Shown piece by piece: positions 38,401 through 52,657 of a stretch of DNA of 64,000 nucleotides; position 1 is the stretch's first letter, and each line of letters starts with the position of its first letter. Source of the stretch: Octopus vulgaris (Eukaryota). The notes beneath the pieces were generated by a model. It did not search any database. It was not told the DNA's origin and saw nothing but the letters and a program-made list of their open reading frames with translations. The DNA is taken from the NCBI GenBank assembly GCA_951406725.2, contig OX597815.1:123566001-123630000 (forward strand), written 5' to 3'. Made by a program: the position numbers and the translations under genes.

Positions 38401-41400
38401 AGGCATTGTGACAACCGAATCTAGACATCGTTCATGAAACATGTCTGCAGAATGGTTGTAGCACACATGCCAACATTACTGCTGAGAAAGGAGATGTAAA
38501 TGTTACCATGAGAAGTTGCTGAACATGGGAGCTACCCTAAGTAGAACCAATAGAAGGATTAGCTAACCAAGTTGACAACTATACGGTCAAAAGTGTAACT
38601 ATGGAAAGCAGAGAAAGCAGTTAGGTCATAAGAGATAGTCATTAGATGCTAAAATTATTTGCTGCTGACATGAGTTGGATGGTTCAACAGGATCCAGTAG
38701 GTTGTATGACCATACTTTGCACCAATGTCTTACTTTTAACATGGTTTCTATAGTTGAATGCTCTTCCTAATACCAATCATCTAACAGTGTACTGGGTGAT
38801 TTTTTCATGACACTGCACTAGTGAAGTGGTCCAGTGACTTGCAACATTAAAGAGGCCTCTTGACTGACAGAAAGAACAGGAGAGAGGGAGGTGGGTCATG
38901 TGAGGTGTTGATGGAAGGAACAGAGTTACTGTTGTGAGCAAGATTCAGGGCTACCCTACATTATATATGAGTGGGCAAGGATGGCTAGAGTGGTACTAGA
39001 AAAAAGATAGAGATGATAGTAATGAGGTGCCTGACTACACACTCAAATTAGTATGTCTAAAAAAGGTGATATAGAAAAGAGCATGGTGATAGAAAGATTA
39101 AAAAGAGCAAGTAAAGTTTGCAAGGGTATGTGTGAGGAAGAGAGTAGGTGATGGACAGAAATAGGAGTGACGGTGAACAAGCATATATATGGTAGTGGGG
39201 TGGGATGCTGATATTCTATAGCTTTACTTGTCAGTGCCTGAGTGAAACAGCAATATGTTTACAATTCTTGTTGATATTGTGACTGATTGCTCTGCACTTT
39301 TAAAGACTAGTGGAATAAAAAAAAAAACAACCCTTACTGGAAAAACAGGTAAGAGATAACAGAAAGAGCATCTGGCTGTAAATTTCTATCTCACATAATT
39401 CCTTGTCCAAACTATGACAGTTGATATTAAATGAACACAATATATTTGTGTTCATTTGTTCATTCAATATCTTAAAATGCCATCAAAACTTTTACACATA
39501 CATTGGCTGACTACAATAAGTTAGTCAAAGAAGTATAAAACATGCAATGTTCCACAATTATGCTTATAACATCAACAACCTTAAAGAAATTCATATTATT
39601 AAATGCTTAGTCCTATCATATGACTAGTGTGCCTTTTATAATGCATGTGAAATTAGTTAATTTATTATATGTTAGGATTACAACAATTTTCAGAAAATCT
39701 CATTAGACCCACATCAATCTTATCTGTTCCTTCTCTGCATCTTCAGTGATGCGAGTATCATGTTCATAAAAAGCTCCCCGTCTTGGAACATAAGCAGGGT
39801 TCCTTCGATCTTCATCATCATCCAGTTCTTTATCTTTATCATCAATTGGTTGTTCCTGAAAGACCAACAGGAAAGAAATTACATACTTAAAAAATGACAG
39901 ATAAAGAGGTCTCTATTTAGGACAAAAATGTAAATTCCAAGCAAGTAAAATTTGACATTAAGTTTGATAAAAAATGTCCACCACAAACAAAACCATATTA
40001 ATGTTCACTTCTTTCCAAATATTCAAGCCATTGATTTTTAATATTTACAATATTTTAATATTTTACTAACAAAGTAATTAGGTTTCTCATGACAAATTAT
40101 TTTTGTAATGCAGTATTCACAACATACCTCACCATCACCACTTTGACGTTCTTCATCAATGCCATCTTCTATATATTCTCCTTCACTCTCTACTTCACTA
40201 GATTCTTCTTCACTATCTTCTTCACTTTCTTCCTCACTGTCTTCTTCGCTCTCATCTTCATCATCATCTTCTTCTTCATCATCTTCATCGTCTCCTTCTT
40301 CATCTTCTTCCTTTTCTCCATTTTCAGCTTCCTGCTAGGATAGTTAAAAAATAGAAAGAAATAATCATAAAAATAAAGTTTAAAAATTCAGGGTAAAAAT
40401 ATATAGATTGAAAATGAAAATATGTTTTAGAGTTAATAATAGGAATAATTCCATTATTACAAAGAGGAAATCTAACAAAAAGCAATGAAAGTGAGACAAT
40501 CTAAGATGGAAAAATGAACAGGCATAGGAGTGGCAGTATGGTAAGTAGCTTGCTTACTAACTACATGGTTCTGGGTTCAGTCCTACTGCATGGCACCTTG
40601 GGCAAGTGTCTTCTACTATAGCCTCAGGTCGACCAAAGCCTTGTGAGTTGATTTGGTAGACGGAAACTGAAAGAAGCCCGTCGTATATATATATATATGT
40701 GTATATGTTTGTCCCCCCAACATGGCTTGACAACCGATGCTGGTACGTTTATGTCTCCGTAACTTAGCGGTTCGGCAAAAGGGACCAATAGAATAAGTAC
40801 TAGGCTTACAAATAATTTGCTCGGCTAAAGGCGGTGCTCCAGCATATCCACAGTCAAATGACTGAAACAAGTAAAAGAGTAAAAGAATATGTTTAATGTG
40901 GGTTTTCAAAATTAAATATTAACCTTTTTGTTACCATACTTCTGCTGAGATGCTCTCTGGTTCTTTCAATTAGTTTTAAATATAACAAAGAATTTAGTAA
41001 AATAACTTAGTTATCATGAAGCTAGTGTTAGGAAGATAAACTGACTAAGGTTTGGTGGAAGATTTTAATTCAGAACTTTTGGAAACAAGACATTTATACT
41101 AGAGCTAGAGGCAGTTTCAGGCAGGTTGCTAGGAAAAGGGGTAAGACATCTGTGACAGAGAACTGGAAATAATTAGTATAAGTTGAAATCAGCAGTTCTC
41201 AGTTAGTTCAAGGAATTCTTTGATATATGGTCTCAATGTTTTTCTGTTATCCTTACAACTTTTAAACACTTTTTACAAAATTATTTTCTTTTGTTTCACT
41301 TCAGGGATAGATTAGATCAAAAGACCTGGGGTACCTTGCATTACACATTTTTATAAGGTATTCATGAAGTTAATATACTGAAAACAAAATACATGATTTT

Positions 41401-44400
41401 GATTCAGTGTTACATTTGTATGCCAATACTAGGAAACACCAACCTTTTAAAGATATAATTTCAATAATTTGAACCATAAAGCTGAGAGATCTTACAGGAA
41501 ACACCACTTTGAGTTGCAATGATTACATAGGATACTAAAATTTTCTTTCAAAGAATGTAACTATTTGTGAAGAGTTTCAATGCAGTTATTTTTCATATAT
41601 TGAAAGTTATTTGGTGCTTCAACATCTTTAATGAAAATACTACACATTATCCAGATTAATATTGCTATCTTAGCAATTAAAACACTTCTATTCCTCACAC
41701 ACATATTCATAAATGCAAAATTACTTTTGAACAGATCCTTTCTGTTCACAAAAGAACTTTTCTAAATATTTCCCCCCTTCAATAAGTTCAGGTTAAATAA
41801 TCAAAACATTTTACCCATCAACTGAATCATCAATGTGGTCCATTGTTTTATAGTTAGTCTGCATTGGTTGTTACACTCAAGAACTTAAAGATTGTTGGGT
41901 AGCCAGTATTACATCTGGTTGATCAGGAAGAACTAAATGAACAACATGGGCTGAATGTTAATTAGCCTAAACTGTTTTTGTTGGTGTTTTGTTAACACTG
42001 CAAATATAACATACCAGGTCACTTAGCAAGTAGCTTGTCAATCATAACATCTACAATGAAATGTTATTTACCAAATGTTTTTATCTTTCTTTTAACTCTT
42101 GAGAATTTAATCATCCTATACAACATCTGTTTTCATCTCATTTATTTGCAAATTATTAACCTTTTCATTACCATATTTCCAACAAAATACACCACCTGCA
42201 TTTCAATTAACTTTGAATAAAGAATTTAAGAAAATAATTGTTTTTATTAATTAAGCTGGTGTTTGGAACAAATTAAAATAAAATTTTGGTGGAAGGGTTT
42301 AATTTACATCACTTTAAAATTAGATGTTTCTATCGTAGACCTAGAGGCTGTCTCTGGTAAACTAATATCAAAAGGGTTAATGTATGATTCACAGAATTGA
42401 GCCAAATGAGTCACAAAAATGGTTGTGGGTGGGTGAGAGCATTTAGGCTATTGCATAATCAGTCTGAACAAAGTCAGATGTAGCTCTCTGATGGACATTT
42501 TATCTATCACAGCTATTATTACTGATGGTACAGCTATTATTGTTGATATTATTATTATCATTATTGTTGTTGTAATCATTTGTGTTATAATTGTTGGGAA
42601 TTACTGATGAGGAACAAATAATCTTAAAAAATAGTAAAGTCTTTTAAATTTCTGAATATATATCTATATTCTGAGACATAGACACTATGGAGAAGGAAAG
42701 TATGGAAGCAGAAAGATCTCTCAACTAGGTATAACTTGAAAGATACACTGAGTAATTAAGAGATAGAAACTTAAAACATAGAAGAAAACCTAAGTTTCTG
42801 AAACAACTACCTGTGAGCCGCAAACCAGACCTATGGATAGAGAATGAGTAAATCAAGCAGATATGATGGTAGAATAGTAATGTAGACAGCATTATAAAAG
42901 CTAAGAGATAGGCTTGTAAAGACTTAATAAAAGGAGCAACAGTGACGATAGTAGCTAGAAGAGAAGCTTGATGTTAGATATAATCAGCACAGAGAGTATG
43001 AAAGAGGTTTGCCAATGTTTTCTAATATGGGGTGTTGCACTTGCAAAACAGTGTCCGTGGGATTGAAGACATCATTGGTGAAAAGTGTGCTTATAATAGT
43101 GGTACACTCACCCTCACTGAAGCCAAGACAGAAGAAGAATGAAAATGGTACAAAGGAGAACGCATTGGGGAGATGAACCAGTTATTGAAGTTGATAACTA
43201 TATTGTCAAAAGGATATGGAGGAAGAGAAAGCGGCTGGACAAGATGTCAGTGACTAAAAAGGGTAAAACAGATGCTCTAGAAAAGAACAACATTAAATCA
43301 ATGGACTAAGTTATGAATGGCTTTGTCAGAAACATGCAATCCATGTACAGGAGTGCTGTCAGCAGAGTGAGACTTGGTAAGGAGTACAGAACATAAGGGA
43401 GACATCCATTGGAGCTGAGTTTCAAGCCTCCTTCTGTTTATTATAGTTTCCCAGGTCATAAAAGAGAAATTGAACATAAGCTATTGATGGGAACTCCTGT
43501 ATATCAGAAAATCTAATCTCAAAATTGAATTAGCCAAAGCGTTACTGGAAAGTTTCCAAAAAGGAAGTAAAATCTAGAGAAATCTAAAAGTAAGCCTAGC
43601 AAAGATACAAATTTTACTTAGCAAGAAAAAATACAGAATTTTACTGCCATCTGAAACAAGGGTATGCTTGAGATTAATAGAAGCAGTGAATCATGGGCAG
43701 GTGGACAAAAGACTGTATGTAGAAAATGCAAGAGTAGTTAGCTTTAAGAGCACCCATGGAAAACATTTTTCCAAAGAATCAGAAGACTTCCAAGAGGTAC
43801 TTGATAGCATCTGTTACCATGGTGACCAAATTAGCAGCAGAAACAGATGTTCAAAAACCAGAGCTATTAACTATGCTGGTAACAAAGAAATTCCCTTTCT
43901 GAGTGAAGAGCAGACTGCATGAGGCTTATGTAAAAATGTACAATGCAGTATGATAGTAAAACATCAGCTAACAGTGTTATGCCTGATTCTAATTTACACT
44001 TAGTTATGAAAGAAAGCATGATTCACAATCTAATGCCAACCACTTTATAGTGTACTGATTATATTTTATTATGGAATCATTACTAGACAGATTGTAATGT
44101 CTTTAGAAAGCTAAAGAGTTTTCCTGACCCTATGATGTCTCCAGTTATCCATCAACTCCTGTAAGGTTTTCTTATCCCTTGCAAGTGTCCTTACTATCTT
44201 GTCTCTGTTCTTTCAAGACATCACTGAGAAGATGAATAGAAGAGTCAGGTCAGATGAGGTGTGGGTACATGTGCTGTTGCATTCACCATTTATAGGTATA
44301 TTCCTGGGTCCTTTCAGGCAACCCATCAAGCAGAGTCCCAGTCAGTTCCCGTTTCTGCAAGATCCTCATCTGTTATGAACATGTGGCATATGGTTGACCA

Positions 44401-47400
44401 ACATGACCTGTCAACCCAGCTCGATCCTCAATCAAGAGGATGCAGTAAGAAAGGTCTAACTCAGAAAATCAAGCAAGATAGCCATACAGTCTGAGCTGGT
44501 GTTCCTGAATCAAACAAGTAACATGATGCATCCCAGTTTCTGATTAGATTCAGTGGTTGGATATGAAATTCAACCAACGGGGTAATCCATAATCCTGTGA
44601 CATGTCCTGGTATCAAAGGAGTTCTGGTAGATCCTAAGAGTCCTAGACAGCGTCCTAGTCTCACAACTGTAGAACAGGACAGGGTGAACCAGAGATGTAA
44701 AAATCTGAATGTTTGTCCTTCTGCTCAGATATCGACAATGCTGAACACCCTTATTCAATGAGTCAACAACTCCACCAGCTTGTACAAGTCTTTTCAGCTA
44801 TTGCTACTATGTATCTCATTGCTGAGAAAAGTGGTCAACAACTTTTGACATTCTCACCCACAACAGACAGAAAGAGAAGCAAGACGAGGTGAAAAAGTAA
44901 TGGAAGTAATAGCAGCTATATATTCTTAACTGGTAAGGAGATTGAATAGAAACTCAGTATGAGTGGTACAAGTGAAATGGGATAAAAAATGAGAGGAAAG
45001 GAGAGTAGTTGATGAAAGAGGAGGTAATGGAAGTGACAGAGTGGATGAATGTTAACAATAAGTGATCGGGAAGGGTATGTGTGAGAGAGATGGAAAACAA
45101 TAATTGAAGGTGGGTGATGGTGAGAGAGATAAAATGTGATATATAGCACTAGAGATGAGTGATGGAGAGAGAGAGAGAGAGAGAGATGACTGCCAATGAG
45201 TGAACTAGGATTGAGGAAGTGATGACTAGTAGTACAGAATGTTAGAAGTAGAGAGATATTGAGTACAAACAAATCTGAAATGTCATCCTTTGTTATACAG
45301 GTGGCAGTGTACATTGAATGGGTAATATTGGTGAGTGATAGATGAGAGAGCAACAAAAAGAGAGTGAGTAGATGGAGACTTCAGTAACATGTAGCAACTA
45401 ACAACTAAACTAATTAAAATAGTTTTATTAGGAAGAACACGACTGGGGGGGAATTTTGTGATAGGCTATATAAAGCATTATTCTGGTAGGAGGTATTTCA
45501 TTAAAAAGGTACACAACCAATGCTTTAACCCTTTAGCATTCAGATTACTTTGTCAATTATTCATATTACTCTAAATTAATCATACATTACCTCATAGCTC
45601 TGAGATTTCAATGATGTAATTGCTTATGATTCGAATGACATTTGTGGGTAGGTGTGAGAGGCCTGATCATGTCAGTTTGAACACAAAACAGGTAGAACAT
45701 TTAAGGCCAGATATGGCTGGTTTAAGTGTTAAAAGGTTACAAATGTTATTGATTTGAAAAGTATTTCTATAAATAACTAATAACAATAATCATTTCTAAC
45801 AGGGGTACAAAGCTACAGATTTGAGGGTGGGAAGGATTAGCTGATTAAACTGACTCAGTACTTTTTGTTCATGCTTGAAGAATGAAAGGCAAAGTTGACC
45901 TTGGTTTAAATGAAACTCAATGTAGAGAGAATAAATATTGCAAAGCATTTGTCTGAAGATCTAATAGTTCTGCCAATTCACCACCAAATAATTTCTAATT
46001 TAAGCCCAAGACCAGTAATTTTGGTGGGAAGAGCTAGTCGATTAATTGACCCAGGTGCTGGACAGTTACTTTATTTCATCAGCCCTGAAAGGATGAAAGG
46101 TAAAGTTAACCCAGGCAGGATTTGAACTCAAAATGTGAAGAGTGTAAACAAATACAGCAAGGTATTTTTCCAATACTTAAATGATTTAAGGCACAAACCT
46201 AATATTTGGGGATAGTCAATTATATTAACCTCAGTACTTGACTGGTACTTTATTTTATCAATCTCAAAAGTTAAAAGAATAATAAAAAAACGAAAAGTGA
46301 ACCATCCGTAATATTTAAACATGAATGTTCTTAAAAGATACATCACAGTCAGAATTCCATGATATAAAAAGTGTATCAAATAATAACAATTTAGGATCAG
46401 TGAATCAAGTTGCAGCAATTATATGAGGTGGTATCAAAAGTTCCCGGACTAGTTTATGTTTCATAAAAAATAACTTATTTACCTAAGTTTTAACATTATC
46501 TCCTCGCATAGCAATACAGTGATCCCAGCATTTCTGTCACTTTTGGAATCCGGCCTGGAAGTCGTTTTTCATAAATGCGTTGAGGACCTTCTGCGATTCA
46601 TTCTGGATCTTGACAACGGTGTTAAAGCAGCAACCTTTCAGCTGCATTTTCATTTTGGGGAAGACATGGAAGTCTGCAGATGCTAAAGTTGGCAAATAGG
46701 GCAAATGTGGAAATGATACAATGTTGTTTTTGGCAAGAAACTCACAAGTGAGGAGAACTTGGTGACAGAGTGCATTGTTGTTGTGAAGAATCCAATCAGA
46801 TCTGGTTACTTTTGCCGAATGTCCTTCTTCAAATGCTTCAAAATGTTGCAGCAGAACAGATTGACAGTCTGGCCCTGGAGGACGAATTCTTGATGCACAA
46901 TACCGCAGATGTCAGAAAAGACCATGAGCATGCTCTCGATTGAGCTGTGGCTCTGTCGTACACCTGTGCCAGTCGAAACATTGTGTAACCCACTGCCTCA
47001 CCACTGTAAGCTTGCTGAAGCATGCTCAATATCTCTGTAGCAAACTTCACAAGTTTATCACAAAATTTCACGTTGGCTCTTTGTTCCAACTTCCTGTCCA
47101 TGACAAAAAATTGCAGACTACAGCATACACATGATCGCAAAAGCGCAAATTTCACAACTTGTGAAGTAAATACAGCGTTGTCACTTGGAACACTGTTAGT
47201 TCTCACTGAGCACGCAACTGTGTTTGGGTGTGCTACAGAACTAGTCCGGGAACTTTTTGATACTACCTCATATTCTAAATTACATTTATAATATCTAACT
47301 TGCACCAATGATTTCATGGCTTTAGGAGTGAAACAAAATAAAATTGCTATTCACTAATATGAATATCAACTGATCAGATGTACATTTCGTCTGCTTCAAG

Positions 47401-50400
47401 CCACAGAAAACTGGGAAAATATGGCCCAGCAATGCATTTTATCACATTAGTGAATTTCATCAATGACAGAATGCCATCATTACTGTTGTTCGGGAGTGGA
47501 TGCTCAGAGAGTGTTACCACTAGAATAAGAATAGCCTGGGCAAAGTTTAGAAAGCTTCTACCCCTATTGGTGAGAAAAGGCATCTCACTCAGAGTGAAAG
47601 GTAGATTGTATGATGCATGTGTGCGAACTGCCATGCTTCACAGCAGTGAAATATGGGTTGTGACTGCGGAGGATATGCGTAGGCTCGAAAGAAATTAAGC
47701 TAGCATGATCCGCTGGATGTGTAATGATAGTGTGCACACACAACAGAGTGTAAGCGACCTGAGAGAAATGTTGGACATAAGAAGCATCAGATGTGGCATG
47801 CAAGAGAGACGTTTCTGCTGGTATGGTCATGTACTATGGCTGAATGAGGAGAGATGTGTGAAGAAGTGCCGCTCTCAAACAGTTGAAGGAATCCGGGGTA
47901 GAGATTGACCAGGAAGACATAGCATGACCTTTGAACGCTGGGCCTCACAGAAGCAATGATGAAAGATCAAGACCTCTGGAGATATGCTGTGACTGCGAAG
48001 ACCTGACAAATAAAGTGAGTTTCGGCTGTATCCTACACCAGTTTTGCATACACCAGCCCCAGCCCATTCCAAAGTACCTTGGATCGTAGGACGACCTGCT
48101 GTACTTACCTTGGATCGTAGGGCGACCTGCTGTGCTTGAAGAGACCTACTGAGTCAAGTACATCAACATCAAAATAAAAATCAAATGGAAATTGTAGTTG
48201 CGATACCCGTGCCGGTGGCATATAAAAAGCACCATCAGAACGTGGCCAATGCCAGCACCGCCTTGACTGGCTTCCATGCCGGTGGCACGTAAAAAGCACC
48301 GTTGCCAGCCTCCTCTGGTGGCACGTAAAAAGCATCCACTACACTCACGGAGTAGTTAGCATTAGGAAGGGCAACCAACTGTAGAAACACTGCCAGATCA
48401 GACTGGAGCCTGGTGCAACCTCCTGGCTTCCCAGACCCCAGTCGAACTGCCTAACCCATGCTAGCATGGAAAACGATAATAATGAATATTTTTCTTAAGA
48501 CTGTTTTTTTTTGGGGGGGGGGGTAATTTACAGACTTAACTGTTCATTGAAAGTATATGAACCAGAGAAGTTAGTTCTTTCAAAAGATAACTGAGAAATA
48601 TAATATATTCTTTTAAAAAGTTAATAAACTTACAGTAGATTTTTTTCCATCACCAACACTCTCATAATCAGACACTTCAACTTCTGAAAGTTAGAAATAA
48701 CAATAAAATAACTTAGATATGACCATCAATATAATATTTCTTTAAAGTAAGCATGATTGAATTTGTAGCAGACAACTTACAATTAAGAAGCTAAAAATAA
48801 AACAAGAATTGGTTGTATTGAAAATTAGATTAGAAAGTGAAGTGATTGAAATTTTAAGCATTTTAAAAATCATTTTTAAATAAAGAGGGAAGCCATTACC
48901 CATGACTCTTTACAGGGCTTGAGACTTGTGTAAGACATTCAGAAACTGAGGTTTGGTCTGAATATTTGCAACAGAATGGACTCTACAAAAGGCACCCAAG
49001 GTGCCAGACGATAGTGTTAAATGAGGCTGTGGGGTAAATTTACAATACAAGCAGGCCATAGTTAGATTTGAACTCAGAATGTAAATGCTATGAGGTATCC
49101 TTTGTGCTGTTCTTACAGTTCCTAAGAAAGGTACTTTTCTTTTTTTTAACAAATCTGAAAGGTTGAATAGCAAAGTTCACCGTGGTAGGATTTGGACTTA
49201 GAGTACAAAGAGCTGGGCAAAATACCACAAGCATTCTATCCAATCCTAACAATTAAACCAATTTGCCACTTATTGATGAAAGAAATTATAATTGGTTAAT
49301 GGAATCTTGCTTTTAACCTTACCATGAATGAAAATGAATTCTCATTGATTTATATTACAAAAGCCCAAGTAAAAAAACCTACATAGAAGATTGATCATGT
49401 CAACAAAGTTAATGACAAATGAGAAAAATATATATCAATAAGCTAACTGAATACATGTTATTTTGGCTTGATATTCTCCATTTAAGTAGTTACACGACCA
49501 AATTGTTTTGTTTGATAACCAGCAAGTTTTCTAATAATATTCAGCATTTTTGTAAATAAAAATTTATTAAGTTTTAAAAAAAAATTTTATTACTTACCAT
49601 CTGAATGTTCATCTTCACTGACCTGGAAAAATTACAGTGAAAATGTTACTGATTTTCAACATTGATTTCTTTCATAATAATTTTGAAATAAATAACAATA
49701 ATAAGTGAAACTAATGGTTTCTCCCTGCCACCCCCCACCCACCCATCCCACATAGTCAAATGAAGGACCTATGAGACTGGTGGGAGGAAGTTATCCCCAG
49801 ATTAGAGATCTTGCTTGAATGTGTATTCTGCTAAAGTGTTTAACTGGTTAACAGTCTGCTACCTGAGAACAAGAAAGGCTCCTGAGAGAAGCTTCCAAGA
49901 CAGTTTTTGTGTACTAAATTTCAATGACAAGAATTTGGTCATGTTAAGGCTATAGTAGGAGACACTTCCTTAAAGTAACACACAATGTGCTCAAACCGTA
50001 GGCCACATAGTGACGAAAGAATTTAACAATCCAGCCATGCCTACATTTATACAATATTATACAGGCCAAGAAAATTCTTCATTATTTTTATCATTGCAAG
50101 CAATAAAATCATTTTCAGTTCTATATTTAAAAGATGAGGAATTATGTACATTATTTACATTTGACAGGTATTTGTTCTCATCTTGTTTGTTGTTAACACA
50201 ATATTTCAGCTGATATACCCTCCAGCCTTCATCAGGTGTCTTGGGGAAATTTCGAACCTGGGTTCTCATTCCTAAGATATTTTTCGATGTTATTATTATC
50301 ATTATTCAGGTCACTGCCTGGAATCAAACTCGGAATCTTGGGGTTAGTAGCCCGCGCTCTTAACCCCAAGCGATTCCAGGCAGTGACCTGAATAATTATA

Positions 50401-52602
50401 ATAACATCGAAAAATATCTTAGGAATGAGAACCCAGGTTTGAAATTTCCCCAAGACACCTGATGAAGGCTGGAGGGCATATCAGCCGAAATGTGTTAACA
50501 ACAAACAAGATGAGGAAATAATATCCATCAAATGTAAATAATGGAAAAATCCTTTTATTTAAGACTGCATTAACTAGCTCAAAATTATTAAATTTGGTTG
50601 TTAAATTATCATTTAGAAAACCATGTACTAAAATAAATATGAAGTATTTTTAATTATATATATATATATATATATATGATTACACATTATTTAAGTGAAA
50701 ATACTACAAATATTTAGATTTTAGTTTGCAATTAACAAAATCAATAGTAGTTTAAAATATATATTGAAAATAAAACGTTTTATAAGTAATTAGGTGCTAG
50801 AAATAAACTTTAAGACTATAATAAAAAGAAAAAAGTTAATTTGGACAATAGCCATAGAAAATTACATCTTATGGACTAATTTTAGGAGGTTAAGAAGTAC
50901 TGTTGGAGAGACATTGTAAGAAAGAAAGAAACAAACCCATAATCTTAGAGTCAGAAATTAACCTTTGATTATAATAGTTAAGAAAGTACTGGTTTTCACA
51001 ATACTAGAAAGTACACTAGGTATGTAGCTTAGAGTGTCCACAAATGTCTACACTGGCAATAATCTAATATTAGATCATTAACATTTTTATAACAAATATT
51101 TTATTGGTTCTGTTGTTCATTGCACTTTTTAATGCTGTTTTTATTAGGAGAGCTTATTTTTTTTATTCCATTGAGTATCAAAGTATGATACAGCTGATTT
51201 CATCTATAGTGGTAGTCTTTAACCCTTTAGCATCAAATTACTGTCAAATGTAATACTTATTTATTCACAGTGTTTTGAATTAATTATATATTATCTTGTA
51301 ACATTGAGATTTTAATGATGTGATTGCTTATTTTTAGAATGACATTCTAGATCTGGCCAGTTTAAACATAAAACAGGTACAATATGTGAATCGGATATGA
51401 CTGAATGAAATGTTTAAGTGATTTAAATTAAGACCTTCCATCAAAGTTTCATGTTAAATGAGTCAAATACCAGCTTAATAATGACAAATTTATTTTACTA
51501 AATTATTCATAATTTTAAAAATTAATTGAAACAGAAGCAGAGTATGGCGACAAAATGATTGAGAGTTTGTCAAATAAAAAGAGAGCAAATTCTGAAAATC
51601 AAGCAAAATATAAAGAAAGGGATTTTGTCATATTTACTTAAAGACTATGCAATTGTAGTGACTAAGAATTCACATAAGTTTACCGATTTCTTCAACTTTA
51701 TCAGCATAGGGAGTGAGAATGCCTTTAATATGCTGAATTTTATTTATTGTTCAAACAGAGAATAAAGCCAATTTACTGCTACTGTTAGTTTGTTACAAAC
51801 TCAATTAAAGGCTTTGCTCTCTTAATTATTGCTTTCAGCTTTTTACAAGTTTAAAACTTTGTATGAAACGGAAACCATGACCTTTGAATGTAGAAATTCT
51901 TAAGTACAATTTAGGTCAGAGACAAGAGACTATAAAGCAGAAAAATCATTGAAATATTTTAATGACCATAACTGTAAGTGGCAACTACAAGCCATTGATC
52001 TACAATTTCTCTGTAGACATGAAGTTCAGCTAATCTTTGTCCAATTAAATATACTCAAAATTGTATGTTAGGATTGTGAGAAATTTCAGCCTCATATCTT
52101 CTGTTACAGAAACCTATATATGAAATGAAAGTAATATAAAATTCAGTTTTCAATATTGATAGTTGTGATAATCAAATAAATTCTGTTTTGATTATCTAAC
52201 TCTTAATCCTAATTATGATTTAGGATAACATCAGTATATTACACAATGTTTAAAGATTAGGCTCCTGATAGACAAGATACTAAATATTATAAATTAATAG
52301 CATACAATAAGATCAGAGAACTTCATAACAGTTTATTTCTATTGTTGCCTTTAAGTCATTAAATCTTTCGTCCAGTATCTTTTCACCCCAATAGAGTATC
52401 CTGGAAACATGTTAAAACAAGAAAGTGAAAAATGATCAGAACAATGTGTTAGTCAATATGAGCTAAAAATAACCCAACTACTTCCACAACAAAAGAAAAG
52501 GTGTAATTCTAATTGATTTGTTAAAACATGAAATTATTACTTATAGTATTTAGCAAATGAAAATGGGGGATAGATAATTAAAAGAGTTCAAAAATATAAA
52601 GG

Positions 52603-52657
<55 letters not shown>

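Noticed and set aside
40089-40343. Phe/Ile-rich membrane-like ORF on the + strand
   Set aside because: Antisense shadow of the acidic CASC3 exon 4
50305-50365. Possible functional tRNA gene (also SINE heads at 3674 and 40521)
   Set aside because: Incomplete cloverleaf, embedded in repeats; tRNA-derived only
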